From positions 256,001-320,000 of the forward strand of contig CAWFJP010000002.1 of the NCBI GenBank assembly GCA_963816145.1: DNA of 64,000 nt, given 5' to 3'. Source of the stretch: an uncultured delta proteobacterium (lineage in GTDB: Bacteria > Desulfobacterota > Binatia > UBA9968). The notes under the pieces are model-generated. The model made no database searches, had not been told where the DNA came from, and saw nothing but the letters and a program-made list of their open reading frames with translations. A program made the translations under genes and the position numbers. This document shows, piece by piece, positions 31,936-42,017 of the stretch. Position 1 is the first letter of the stretch. Every line of letters begins with the position of its first letter.

Positions 31936-33159
31936 TCAGTTCCATAGTTCTTGGGTCGCCAATCGGGCGCCCTCCGCCAGCGCATAGAGTTTGGCAAAGG
32001 CGAGACTGGCATCGGGTAGATGGCGCAGGCCGCAATCGGTGCAGGCGATGACATTTTCTTTGCCGACCAGTTTGGCGAAGCGGACGATGCGCTCCGCTAC
32101 CAGTTCCGGATGTTCGATGAACAGGGTGATGTCGTCGATCACGCCAGGAAACAGAATCTTGCCCTCCGGCAATTTCATCGCTTGCCAAATCTTCCACTCA
32201 TGGCCATGGCGCGGATTGGCCGATTCGAGGGTAATACCCTCGACATTGGCTTGGAGCACGATATCGATGATATCGCTGAGTGCGATGTCGCGGTGGTGCG
32301 GCCCTTGGTAGTTGCCCCAGCAGACATGGATGCGCACCTGTTCAGGCGGGATCATCTTGAGGGCATAGTTCAGACACTCAACATGTTTCTCGATGACTTT
32401 GCGAAATTGTTTGACGCTCAGGTGGGCGTAGTCGGTGTTGGCGCCTGAGGCCAGGTCCGGGCAGTCGAGCTGCAAGACGAATCCAGCATCGACGATCGCT
32501 TGGTACTCATGACGCATGACATCGGCGACCGCCTGCATGTAGGTCTCTTCGTTGGGATAGTATTCGTTGCGAAAAAAGCGCACGAAACAGCCGGGCGAAA
32601 GCGCCGACATGAAAACGTCCTGGGGTTGGGTCGTCGCGACTGCCGCGGCCAGCCGCGCAATGTCGGTTTCCACCGCGGCGAAATCCCCCCAGCCTATGGG
32701 ACCGGTGCAGACGTAAGCGAAGCCGCCGTTGTCGTGACCGTCGCTCTGGGCGCGCGCCAGGTCGTAAAACTCGGCGATGTCGGTGCGGTAGTGGCGCGGC
32801 GCGCCGTCGATGTCGCGTCTGACTATCCCAGTATCGCGCGGCCGGACAATCCCTTGGGCAACGCGCCATGGTTCGGCGCTCTGGGCGCGCGAGCGCAGTT
32901 TTCGCTCTAGGCCGCTGACCCTGTGCACGACATAATCATTCCATGCGGTTTTGCTGAATTCGCCGTCGCCGACGATGTCGATGCCGACTTCGATTTGGCG
33001 CCGGACCACATCGTCGATGGCCGTGGCCAGTGCGGCGTCGATCACGGTCTGATCGTAAGACTCGCCGCGGCGCTTGGCCGCCAGCGCTTGGCGCACTTGC
33101 GCCGGCAGCGGCAGGCTGCCGGTATGGGTGGTGAGAATGCGGTCAGTGCTGCGCTTCAT
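31936..33159 (-). CDS. Cobalamin-independent methionine synthase II family (MetE-like single barrel)
   Basis: RILTTHTGSLP, DGEFSK, LQLDCPDL, HVCWGN, TDCGL Zn ligands; GAGGAG RBS. Confidence 0.9.
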   Translation of the reverse strand: MKRSTDRILTTHTGSLPLPAQVRQALAAKRRGESYDQTVIDAALATAIDDVVRRQIEVGIDIVGDGEFSKTAWNDYVVHRVSGLERKLRSRAQSAEPWRVAQGIVRPRDTGIVRRDIDGAPRHYRTDIAEFYDLARAQSDGHDNGGFAYVCTGPIGWGDFAAVETDIARLAAAVATTQPQDVFMSALSPGCFVRFFRNEYYPNEETYMQAVADVMRHEYQAIVDAGFVLQLDCPDLASGANTDYAHLSVKQFRKVIEKHVECLNYALKMIPPEQVRIHVCWGNYQGPHHRDIALSDIIDIVLQANVEGITLESANPRHGHEWKIWQAMKLPEGKILFPGVIDDITLFIEHPELVAERIVRFAKLVGKENVIACTDCGLRHLPDASLAFAKLYALAEGARLATQELWN

Positions 33160-33291
33160 CGGAGTGCTCCTCGGCGTTGTACTTATTACCGACGTAGGAA
33201 TTTTACAAGCAAAGGGAATCTGGGCGTCTCGCTCACGGGGGCTGCCGCTTTCACCTTCACCTAGAAGATCCTGCCGGCACAATCAAATTCC

Positions 33292-33374
33292 GTCATGCCG
33301 GTGAAAACCGGCATCCATCTTGGCTTACCCACCAAATTGAAGAAATCCTAGATTTCGGCCGCCGCCGGAATGAC
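33292..33374. repeat. Palindromic REP/RPE-like element
   Basis: GTCATGCCGGTGAAAACCGGCATCCA...CGCCGGAATGAC. Confidence 0.75.
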
Positions 33375-33455
33375 AAGATCTGGAGTTGACTTATAACCGG
33401 CCGATCCGCCGATGGCATTGTCCTGTTTGGAGCGTTATAAAGTTGTCGAGGAAAT

Positions 33456-34067
33456 TTGTCGTTGAAAGGTATCGGAAAAGCAAAGCAGCGCTGCGCGGCA
33501 TGCGGATCCTCGCTGACACTGTGCATGTGTGCGGAATTGCCGTGGTTGGAGTTGCGCACGAAGGTCGCGCTGGTGATTCATCGTCACGAGCTGCTGCGCA
33601 GCAGCAACACCGGCATGCTCGCCGTCAGAGCGCTGGTCAATAGCGAGCTGCGCATTCGCGGCGCAAGCCGGGCAACGCTCGATTTGACCGACCTGTTATC
33701 GCCACACTATCGGTCGTTGCTGTACTATCCCAGTACGGATGCTGTCGAACTCACTCCAGAGCTAGTTGCGCAAGACCCGCGGCCGATTCAACTGATTGTC
33801 CCGGACGGCACCTGGCGCCAAGCGCGCAAGATTCATTCGCGTCAGCGCGAATTAAGAGACGTGCCGCGGGTGAAGATCAGCACGCCCAACGACTCAACCT
33901 TTCAGTTGCGCGCCCAGAGCCGGCCGGAGGGGATGGCGACGCTGCTCGCCATCGCCGCAGCCTTGGGTATCATCGAAGGTGAAACGGTGGCGCTGCAGCT
34001 GATGCAGCTCTATCAGGCGCGGGTGGCGCGAACGCTCAGCGCCCGCGGCCTTCTAAGACCAAGTTAA
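33456..34067 (+). CDS. DTW-domain protein, second paralogue
   Basis: CxxC..CxC, SNTG, VPDGTW. Confidence 0.85.
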   Translation: MSLKGIGKAKQRCAACGSSLTLCMCAELPWLELRTKVALVIHRHELLRSSNTGMLAVRALVNSELRIRGASRATLDLTDLLSPHYRSLLYYPSTDAVELTPELVAQDPRPIQLIVPDGTWRQARKIHSRQRELRDVPRVKISTPNDSTFQLRAQSRPEGMATLLAIAAALGIIEGETVALQLMQLYQARVARTLSARGLLRPS

Positions 34068-34143
34068 AGATTAACCAGGCGCCAATACACGGGCGGACAT
34101 TTTTAGTATTCAGGCTTCCGTGTGAAGCAGGGCTAGGAGATTA

Positions 34144-34230
34144 CACCGCCGAGGCGCGGAGAGCGCAGAGTAAAGATGGTTTGATTAAATAAAATGCTTC
34201 GAACTCTGCGAACTCTGTGCCTCTGTGGTG
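34144..34230. repeat. Inverted repeat element CACCGC.GAGGCGC.GAG / CTCTGTGCCTCTGTGGTG
   Basis: Imperfect inverted arms built from 9-nt units between convergent genes. Confidence 0.7.
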
Positions 34231-34419
34231 AATGTTTTGGACCACATCCGGGGGCCAGTTCTGGCAATCACGCATCAAGCGATTCAAAAGTCGGACTTAC
34301 CTATCTTAAGAATCGAGCAGGGATAGCTCGACATCTTTCTGCGACAATCTGTCAGAGATCTTTCCTCCGCAAATCTCAACTCATTAGTGGCCGAACTTTT
34401 TGAACGCGCTTTTGCGCTA

Positions 34420-35413
34420 TCAATCGCCTTCGTCGTACGGCACCGTTACGAGCTGGTCTTTCGCCGATCTCGCGTCCTCGTTCCACATTTCCAGTAGCTT
34501 CGCGCTGAATGGTCCGGGTTTGCCGTCACCGATCTTTTGTCCGTCCCATTCAACCACCGGCGCGATTTTGATCGAGCTTCCGATGAGCATCATCTCTGCT
34601 GCGTCGCGACCTTCTTCGACGGGAAGATCAGCGATTCGCACGGCGTTGAGCACGCCTTCGTTGCACGAGCCGCTGAGCGAAAGCGAGAACTCTCTGAATC
34701 GTGATCCCCGATAGGATCGTGTCGAAGGGGGGATGGCGGAACACGCGATCCTTAGTTACGAAGGCTACGTTCATGTTGGAGCTTTCCGCCACCATACCAC
34801 GCTGGTCGATGAAAACGCCGTTGTCGGCGCCGCGGTCTTTGGCCTCCAGGACGACGAGCACATTGGGTAAATAATTGGTCGACTTGATGCGGGCAAAGAG
34901 CGGCGGCTTGATCGGCACCTGGCTGGTGACGAGTTTGATGCCCAGGCGGTAGTAACTCTCCGGGTACGCTTCCTGCTTAAAGACGATCACGTAGAAGCTG
35001 CTGCCGACGCACTCCGCGGGACCGAGGCCGTAGCCGCCGGGACCGGCGGAAAGCCAGTAGCGGACGGATCCGTCGCGCTGGCGGCTCGCCGCCGCGGTCG
35101 CCAAAATGATCTGGCGCAATTGCTCTCGCGAAAATGGCAACGTAATGCGCGCGCCGTCGGCCGACTTGATCAAGCGATCCAAGTGCGGGTCGAGTTGATA
35201 GAGCATTCCGTGCGTCAGCGTGGCCGTATCGAAGACGGCGTGGCCGCGGTGCACCATGTGATCGTCGAGCGGCAGCACCATGAGCGCGGGGTCGGTGACG
35301 ATGCCGCCGAGAACGCTCGAGTACATCGCGTAGAAATTGTTCGCCTTCGCGTGGACCGCCTGCCGCAAACCGGCAATCGCTTCCTCTGAGGTAAAGACAG
35401 GGATTGTCGCCAT
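34420..35413 (-). pseudogene. Aminotransferase class IV (D-amino-acid transaminase/ADC lyase-like) with +1 frameshift at about 34663
   Basis: RGHAVFDT, KSTNYL, ILSGIT; removing one base joins RLV to NEGVLNAVRIAD..IGDGKPG. Confidence 0.85.
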
Positions 35414-35508
35414 GGTTTATTTCCGCTTTCGTCTCAAATTCAGCTTGCTCGATACATTGTCTGGTAGGAAAAGGTCACGACCGTTTCCCGCTGCAACCAT
35501 CCTTCGAT

Positions 35509-36591
35509 CTAATCTCTAATATCCTGCAAGAACCAACTCGTCGGAATCTCCTGTCCCAAGCCGCGCTTCTTCGCTTCACGCACGACGTAGCCCGCGGTTG
35601 ACGCAAACTGCAATCCTTGGGTGCCGCTGTTGGCGAAGAATGTGACTTGGTTCTTGTCGGTGCGGCCTTGGCGCTGGCCGGAGATCACCTCGGTGAGGAC
35701 GGGATAATCTCTGGAGAAGATGTCGACTTTGGGGTTGGCGATGCGCTTGATCTCTTCGGCGTTGCCGGCGACCACCGCGGCTTCGCCGCCGATGCGCAGC
35801 TGGCCGACGTCGAGATTCAGTGTCGGGCGGCCCATGCGGATCACGACGTCGGAATTTTGCACGATCTCGGGGCTCCACTCGTTGGCTTTGACGCAGGTGA
35901 GGTGCATGCCGGACTCGATCAGATCGGGATCGCTGACCAGAACTTGGATCGAGTCGGTGCAGGTGGCGACGATATCCGAGCCGCGCAGCACTTCTTCCGG
36001 CTTGTCGACGGGGATGATTTCCAAACCCAGTTTTTTGCCCATCTCGTCGGCGTAGGTTTCGCGATTCTTCTTCGTCGGGCTGTAGACTTTGACCTTGGTG
36101 ATCTTGCGCACTTCGTTAAAGGCCAATAGATAGGTGCGTGCCATGCCGCCAGAACCGAAAATGCCGACGGTCTTGGAATCTTCGCGGGAGAGATATTTCA
36201 CGCCGAGACCGGCGCAGGCGCCGACGCGCATATGTTGGATGATGCCGTCGTTGATGATCGCCAGCGGCTCGCCATTCTTGGTCGAAAAGACCATGACAAA
36301 ACCGCAGAACGTGCCGGGCTGGACGCAATACTTTTCCACGGTCTTGCCGTCGGGCCATTCGAGCATGTCGGACTTCATGCGGATGGCAAACGTCTCGAAG
36401 GAGCGCGAGGCGCCTTCCATGGTGCCCCAGCGATACATCAGCTTGGGGTCGTCATTGGGGACGAAAAAGTCGTAGCGGCCCCGGTAGTTGGCGCGTTCGT
36501 TAACCAGGTCGCGGTAGCCGGTGTCGAGGGCTGCGACGCAGCCCTTCATATCGAGGATCTGTTCGACGACTTTGTTATTGATCAGCAGCAT
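35509..36591 (-). CDS. Ornithine cyclodeaminase/mu-crystallin family protein
   Basis: GEPLAI, GIFGSGGMA, DIVATCT, GTQGLQF. Confidence 0.9.
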   Translation of the reverse strand: MLLINNKVVEQILDMKGCVAALDTGYRDLVNERANYRGRYDFFVPNDDPKLMYRWGTMEGASRSFETFAIRMKSDMLEWPDGKTVEKYCVQPGTFCGFVMVFSTKNGEPLAIINDGIIQHMRVGACAGLGVKYLSREDSKTVGIFGSGGMARTYLLAFNEVRKITKVKVYSPTKKNRETYADEMGKKLGLEIIPVDKPEEVLRGSDIVATCTDSIQVLVSDPDLIESGMHLTCVKANEWSPEIVQNSDVVIRMGRPTLNLDVGQLRIGGEAAVVAGNAEEIKRIANPKVDIFSRDYPVLTEVISGQRQGRTDKNQVTFFANSGTQGLQFASTAGYVVREAKKRGLGQEIPTSWFLQDIRD

Positions 36592-36771
36592 GGAGCCTCC
36601 GGTGTCAGGGCACTGACGATTCTATTTCGTACAAGCGCGGCGAATGCAAGCGCAGATATGCCAACGCCGGCTCTTGCGTCGCAGCGGGACGAGATTTCTC
36701 GCTTTGCTCGGAATGACAGCGTCGTTCATAAGGAGCGATGTAGTGAATGTTGCTTGCTCGCGTGCGCAAGC

Positions 36772-36798
36772 AAAAAGGCGCCGCTATGAGCGGCGCTT
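36772..36798 (-). terminator. Rho-independent terminator
   Basis: GCGCCGCT-CAT-AGCGGCGC followed by TTTTT on minus strand after the DUF1178 gene. Confidence 0.7.
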
Positions 36799-36828
36799 GG
36801 GATGAACAATGCTGGGGGAAGCGAAAGG

Positions 36829-37281
36829 TTAGCTGTCGAGCTCGGGCTTGGGCAGCGGCATGCAGGGCACGCCTTCTTCGGCGAGTTCTTTGACTTCGCT
36901 GAGGGTGGCGGTGCCGTGTATCGGCCGCTCTTCCGCCTCGCCTTTGTGGATCTGCTTGGCTTCTTCGGCGAAGCGCGGGCCTACGTCTTCGAAATTCTCT
37001 TTGACGTAGTGATGCACGCGCAGGAGCATCTCTTTGAATTCCGCTGCGGTCGGCGGCGGCGCGGGAACCGGGGTGGTCTTCTGGGCCTTTGCCGGCAGCG
37101 CGGGCGGCTGCTCTTTCTTTACATGGACGGCGCAGGCATGGGGCATTTTTTCAACTTTGGTGGTGCCGCAAGTGGGGCAAGAAATGAGCTTCCTGTCGGC
37201 CTGTTTCTGGAAGTCTTCGAAGCTCGGAAACCAGCCTTCGAAGCTGTGATTTTTCTTACAGAGGAGGTTGTAGATGACCAT
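36829..37281 (-). CDS. DUF1178 family protein
   Basis: LLC..HSFEGWF, CPTCG, VGPRFAEEA..IHG. Confidence 0.9.
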   Translation of the reverse strand: MVIYNLLCKKNHSFEGWFPSFEDFQKQADRKLISCPTCGTTKVEKMPHACAVHVKKEQPPALPAKAQKTTPVPAPPPTAAEFKEMLLRVHHYVKENFEDVGPRFAEEAKQIHKGEAEERPIHGTATLSEVKELAEEGVPCMPLPKPELDS

Positions 37282-37437
37282 AGGAATTGACCGTTGTGAT
37301 AATCAATAAGGGTGCCAAGGCAGCTTGTCAAGGGTGGCCGGTGCTTGCGAGAAGCGGCAAGGCGCCAAAAGCGGTTTGGATTCCAATCCTTTGCGCAAAA
37401 GTATAAAAAGGGCGGTGAAACCGTTAGGATGAAAGCA

Positions 37438-38598
37438 ATGGCGGATCAAATCAGCTTGCGAGTGGTGCAGAAGATTGCCGGAGTGGCGCGCGAACGTTGG
37501 GATGCGCTGGTCGGCGAGGCGACGCCGTTTCTCAAGTGGGACTGGCTCGAAAGTCTGGAACAATCCGGTTGCGTCAACGATAAGTCCGGCTGGCTGCCGC
37601 ATCATATCGTGGTCGAAAAGGGCGGCGAGCTGATTGCCGCCTGCCCGATGTATTTGAAGCTGCATAGCATGGGCGAGTTCGTCTTCGACTACGAATGGGC
37701 TGAGGCGGCCCAGCATGCGGGCATTCAATACTATCCCAAGATGTTGGTGGGCGTGCCGTTCACACCGGTGACCGGCCACCGGTTTGTTACCGCACCCGGC
37801 GAAGATCGTCCGCAGTTGATTCAGTTCATGGGCCAAGCGTTGGCGAAGATCGCCGCTGACAACAAGATCTCTTCAGTGCATGTGAATTTTTGCCTGGCCG
37901 ACGAACGCGAGGCGTTGGAAGCGGTGGGGTTCTTTCCGCGCCATGGCATACAGTATCATTGGCAGAATCGCAACTTTAGTTCATTCGACGATTACCTCGC
38001 CAGCTTTCGCAGCGATCGGCGCAACAAGGTCAAACGCGAGCGGCGCGAGGTGGCCGAGCGCGGCATCACGATTCGCGCCTATGAGGGTGAGGAACTCACA
38101 CAAAAACACCTGCGAACAATGTTTAGCCTGTACAAAGGGCATGTCGACCGGCTTTACTACGGCCGGCAATATTTGACCCGGGAGTTTTTCGACGAACTAC
38201 ACAAGCGTTTTGCGACGAATTTGTGCTTGATGCTCGCCGAACGCGACGGCAAGATCATCGCCGGCACGTTCAACGTGCGCGACGACAAGGCGATGTACGG
38301 CCGCTATTGGGGCTGTTCCGAGGAGCATCCGTTTCTCCATTTCAACGTCTGTTACTATTCCGCCATCGAGCATTCGATTCGGACCGGGCTCGAACGCTTC
38401 GAAGCCGGCGCCGGCGGCAGTTTCAAACAGCTGCGCGGCCTCGATCCCGAACATACCACCAGTGTGCATTACATCGTCGACGGCAAGTTTCGCCGGGCAG
38501 TGGAGCGCTTTCTCGCCCAAGAGCGGGAAATGATCCGGCGCAAACGCGAGATGCAGCTGGAGCATAGCCAGTTAAAGCGGGAGCAGGAAGAGCCGTAA
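37438..38598 (+). CDS. GNAT/FemAB-like protein (DUF482 type)
   Basis: HSMGEFVFD, YYPK..VPFTPVTG, YGRYWG, FEAGAGG. Confidence 0.9.
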   Translation: MADQISLRVVQKIAGVARERWDALVGEATPFLKWDWLESLEQSGCVNDKSGWLPHHIVVEKGGELIAACPMYLKLHSMGEFVFDYEWAEAAQHAGIQYYPKMLVGVPFTPVTGHRFVTAPGEDRPQLIQFMGQALAKIAADNKISSVHVNFCLADEREALEAVGFFPRHGIQYHWQNRNFSSFDDYLASFRSDRRNKVKRERREVAERGITIRAYEGEELTQKHLRTMFSLYKGHVDRLYYGRQYLTREFFDELHKRFATNLCLMLAERDGKIIAGTFNVRDDKAMYGRYWGCSEEHPFLHFNVCYYSAIEHSIRTGLERFEAGAGGSFKQLRGLDPEHTTSVHYIVDGKFRRAVERFLAQEREMIRRKREMQLEHSQLKREQEEP

Positions 38599-38660
38599 AG
38601 CCGTGATCGCGGTTCCGCGATCACGGCTGGTTCAAGGTTCAAGGGTTCAAAAGTTCAAGG
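38599..38660. repeat. Perfect 14-bp inverted repeat followed by GTTCAA heptamer-like repeats
   Basis: AGCCGTGATCGCGG-TT-CCGCGATCACGGCT then four GTTCAA units between convergent genes. Confidence 0.75.
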
Positions 38661-38705
38661 TCGGATTCGGAACGGAAATTCATCGCGGAGATTCTAGCTG
38701 CTTCG

Positions 38706-40019
38706 TTAGAGTAGGGTGCCGCTCAGGACCACGGCGGCGACGGTAAAATAGATCACTAGTCCGGTGACATCGACTAGGGTTGCGACAAACGGCGCCGACG
38801 CGCTCGCTGGGTCGAAGCCCAGCGATCTCAGGATAAACGGCAGGATCGATCCCACCAGCGAGCCCCACATCACCACGCCAACCAAGCTTAACCCGACCGT
38901 CAGAGCGATGAGAAAATAGTGTTCGCCATAGGCGTTAAACAAGAATTGCCAGAGCAGTATTCGAACCAGACCGATGGCGGCGAGGATGCTGCCGAGTGCC
39001 AGCCCGGTGGCGAACTCGCGACGGATGACACGCCACCAGTCGCGCAGGTGCACTTCGCCCAAGGCCATGGCGCGGATGACCAGTGTCGTTGCTTGCGAGC
39101 CGGAATTGCCGCCGCTGCTGATGATCAACGGCACGAACAGCGCGAGTATGACCGCGCTGGCGATCTCCGCTTCGAAGTATCCCATCGCCGTCGCGGTCAG
39201 CATCTCGCCCAAAAAGAGCGCGGCCAGCCAGCCGGCACGTTTGCGGATCATCTTGGGCAATGAAACCTGCAGATACGGTCCGTCCAACGACTCGACGCCG
39301 CCGATTTTTTGAATGTCTTCGGTGGCTTCTTCCTGGACGACATCGACGATGTCGTCGACGCTGACGATGCCCTTGATGCGCCCCGCGCCATCGACGACGG
39401 GAATCATCAACAGATGGTGGCGCATAAACAGCTTGCTCAAGGCCTCTTGGTCCATCTCTTCGTTTGCTGAAATGATCTGCGTGCGCATGACCTCACGAAT
39501 CGTCTTGTCGGCCAGAGCGACGATCAGATCGCGAAACGTGATGACGCCGAGCAATCGTTCTTCGTGGTCGACGACGTAGGCATAATAAGTAGTTCGCGCC
39601 CGCGTTTGGGCGTCGCGGCGCAGGTAGCTGATCGCCTCGCCGACCGTCATGTCGGGACGCAGACGCGAGTAGCGGGTGTTCATCAAGCCGCCGGCATCGT
39701 CCTCGGCATAATCGAGCAGCCCCTTGACTTCCCGCTGGGTCGCATCGTCGAGCAGCTCGAGCAGCTCGGTTCGCTCCTCGCCTGGAGCTTCCTGGATGAG
39801 ATCGGCGGCGTCGTCGGGGGCGAGCAGACGCATCCATAGCCGCCGTTCGCCTGGCGGCAGGCCGAGTACCAAATGGGTTCGATCGCGAAGGTTTAATTGA
39901 AGGAAGAACGATTCGGCATCGTCCCGCCGCAAATATTCAAAGCCCTCTGCCCGTTCGGGCTGGGAGAGGACCGGCCAAGCGTCGTAGAGCTCTGTGGGGG
40001 TGAATGTTTTTTGTGCCAT
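38706..40019 (-). CDS. mgtE: Magnesium transporter MgtE
   Basis: AGGLM, CBS pair, GGNSGSQ, DPA..SAPFVATLVD. Confidence 0.95.
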   Translation of the reverse strand: MAQKTFTPTELYDAWPVLSQPERAEGFEYLRRDDAESFFLQLNLRDRTHLVLGLPPGERRLWMRLLAPDDAADLIQEAPGEERTELLELLDDATQREVKGLLDYAEDDAGGLMNTRYSRLRPDMTVGEAISYLRRDAQTRARTTYYAYVVDHEERLLGVITFRDLIVALADKTIREVMRTQIISANEEMDQEALSKLFMRHHLLMIPVVDGAGRIKGIVSVDDIVDVVQEEATEDIQKIGGVESLDGPYLQVSLPKMIRKRAGWLAALFLGEMLTATAMGYFEAEIASAVILALFVPLIISSGGNSGSQATTLVIRAMALGEVHLRDWWRVIRREFATGLALGSILAAIGLVRILLWQFLFNAYGEHYFLIALTVGLSLVGVVMWGSLVGSILPFILRSLGFDPASASAPFVATLVDVTGLVIYFTVAAVVLSGTLL

Positions 40020-40193
40020 CGCGCGCCTGTTTGAGCGACTACTTCGCTCATTCCTAACACATCATCTCGCTCGTGCAATCGATTACGACTGGCCAGTGTG
40101 TATCGAGCGTGCTATCGAGTCGAAAACATTCCTCACGCCGGCAATTTCTTGACTCCACTGCGGCTTTCCATTAACGTCGGCGCCAGTGCAGCT

Positions 40194-40970
40194 GTGAAAT
40201 CTTCCTGGAAAAATGTCGCCGAGCCGGTGGTTTTCTTCACTGTCCTACTGATATTGTGGGAGATCCTGGTCGAAGTCATCAAGGTTCCTTCGTTTATTCT
40301 ACCGCCGCCACGCGACCTATGGACGGCGTTTTTCAAAAAGCTGCCGATACTCGGCCACCATTCGTTGATTACTTTCATCGAAGCCTTCGGCGGCTTCGCC
40401 TTGTCGCTGATACTCGGCGTCGGCTTCGCCATCTCGGTGGTTTATTCGCGCCATTTGCAAAACACCATCTATCCGTTGATCGTCATTCTCTACGCCATGC
40501 CCAAGAGCGCCTTTGCGCCGTTGATGGTGATCTGGGTGGGTTACGGGCTGGTCTCGAAAATTTCGATCGCTTTCCTGGTGGCGTTTTTCCCCATCGTGGT
40601 AAATACCGTGGTTGGTTTGAAGGAAGTCGAACCTGAACTTCTGGAGCTGGCGCGCATCAACCGCGGCACGGCGTGGGATGTCTTTACGAAGATTCGCCTG
40701 CCCAACTCGCTGCCCTATATGTTCGCTGGCATTAAAGTCGCCATCGTGCTCTCGGTCACCGGCGCCATCGTCGCCGAGTTCGTTGCCGCCAATGAAGGGT
40801 TGGGCTATCTGGTGCTGCAGGCCAACTACAGTTTGGACACCGCGTTTGCCTTGGTGATCTTGCTCATTCTCGCGGTGTTGTCTTTGGCGCTGTTTTGGCT
40901 GGCGGAGTTCTGTCAAAGAAAACTCGCGCCCTGGAGCGCGGCGGTGCGCGAAGTTGAAGGTTCGTTTTAA
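40194..40970 (+). CDS. ABC permease, SsuC/TauC type (start uncertain)
   Basis: FILPPP, AFFPIVVNT, IVAEF..GLG. Confidence 0.85.
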   Translation: MKSSWKNVAEPVVFFTVLLILWEILVEVIKVPSFILPPPRDLWTAFFKKLPILGHHSLITFIEAFGGFALSLILGVGFAISVVYSRHLQNTIYPLIVILYAMPKSAFAPLMVIWVGYGLVSKISIAFLVAFFPIVVNTVVGLKEVEPELLELARINRGTAWDVFTKIRLPNSLPYMFAGIKVAIVLSVTGAIVAEFVAANEGLGYLVLQANYSLDTAFALVILLILAVLSLALFWLAEFCQRKLAPWSAAVREVEGSF

Positions 40971-40991
40971 TTTCCGGTCTGCGGAGGAAAC

Positions 40992-41993
40992 ATGAAGTAT
41001 TGGTTTACGACATCGATAGCGGTTGGCTTGGCACTCGCGATCACCGGTTCCGGAGTTTCGCTCCAAGCCGCTGAATTGACGCCGGCGAACATCCGCATGG
41101 ATTTTATCATCGGTGGCAAGCATGCGCCCTGGTACGTCGCCTTGGAAAAAGGTTTCTATGCCAAGCGCGGCTTGGCAGCGACGATTCAGGCGAGCACGGG
41201 TTCGGCGGATACCGTGCGCATTGTCGGTTCCGGCGGCGCCGACTTCGGCTTTGCCGATGCCGCGACCATGATCGTTGCCAGGTCCCGCGGCACACCGGTG
41301 CAAGCCGCGGCGCAGTTCGGTTATGTCGGCGCGACGATCTTGTGGCGCGATGAGGGCGTGATCAAAAGCATCAAGGACCTCCCCGGCAAGTCGTGGGCCA
41401 TCAGCCCCGGCCAGGCGCAGTGGTATCTGATGCCGGCCTACGCGCGCATCAATAAGATCGATTTCAAAGCAATCAAGATTCAGGAAACCGCGGCGCCTAT
41501 CCAACCGGCGGCGTTGGCGACTAAGAAGGCCGACTTCATCATCATGTACCGCGCATCCAACGATGAGGTTGCCGAGCAGGCGGCGGCGAAGGTCGGCGTC
41601 AAGCTCACCCGCGTGTTTATGAAAGACACCGGCCTGGATATTTACGGCACCAGCCTGATCGTCAAGGACGAAGACGTCAAGAAACGGCCGGAATTCGTGC
41701 GCGCTTACGTTGAAGGGACGTTGGAAGGACTGCGCTACGCGCGCGACAACCAGGAAGAGGCGCTGAAAATCCTGCTTAAGCACAAACCCGAGCTCGACTC
41801 GGCGCTGACCACGCAGCAGCTCAAGAACGCGCTCACCGAAGTGTTCCTGCCGCTGGAATCGGTCAACGTCGGCATGGGCTACATGAAGCCGGAGATCATG
41901 GAGAAGACCGTCAGGACGGTGAATGACTACTTCGATGTCGGCCGCAAGGTCGCGGCCAAGGAAGTTTATACCAATCAATTTGTCAAGCGTTGA
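40992..41993 (+). CDS. ABC substrate-binding protein, NMT1/THI5 family
   Basis: HAPWYVALEKGFY, GSADT, DFGFAD. Confidence 0.9.
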   Translation: MKYWFTTSIAVGLALAITGSGVSLQAAELTPANIRMDFIIGGKHAPWYVALEKGFYAKRGLAATIQASTGSADTVRIVGSGGADFGFADAATMIVARSRGTPVQAAAQFGYVGATILWRDEGVIKSIKDLPGKSWAISPGQAQWYLMPAYARINKIDFKAIKIQETAAPIQPAALATKKADFIIMYRASNDEVAEQAAAKVGVKLTRVFMKDTGLDIYGTSLIVKDEDVKKRPEFVRAYVEGTLEGLRYARDNQEEALKILLKHKPELDSALTTQQLKNALTEVFLPLESVNVGMGYMKPEIMEKTVRTVNDYFDVGRKVAAKEVYTNQFVKR

Positions 41994-42017
41994 CCTGCTC
42001 TGGTTGAAAGTAATGAC

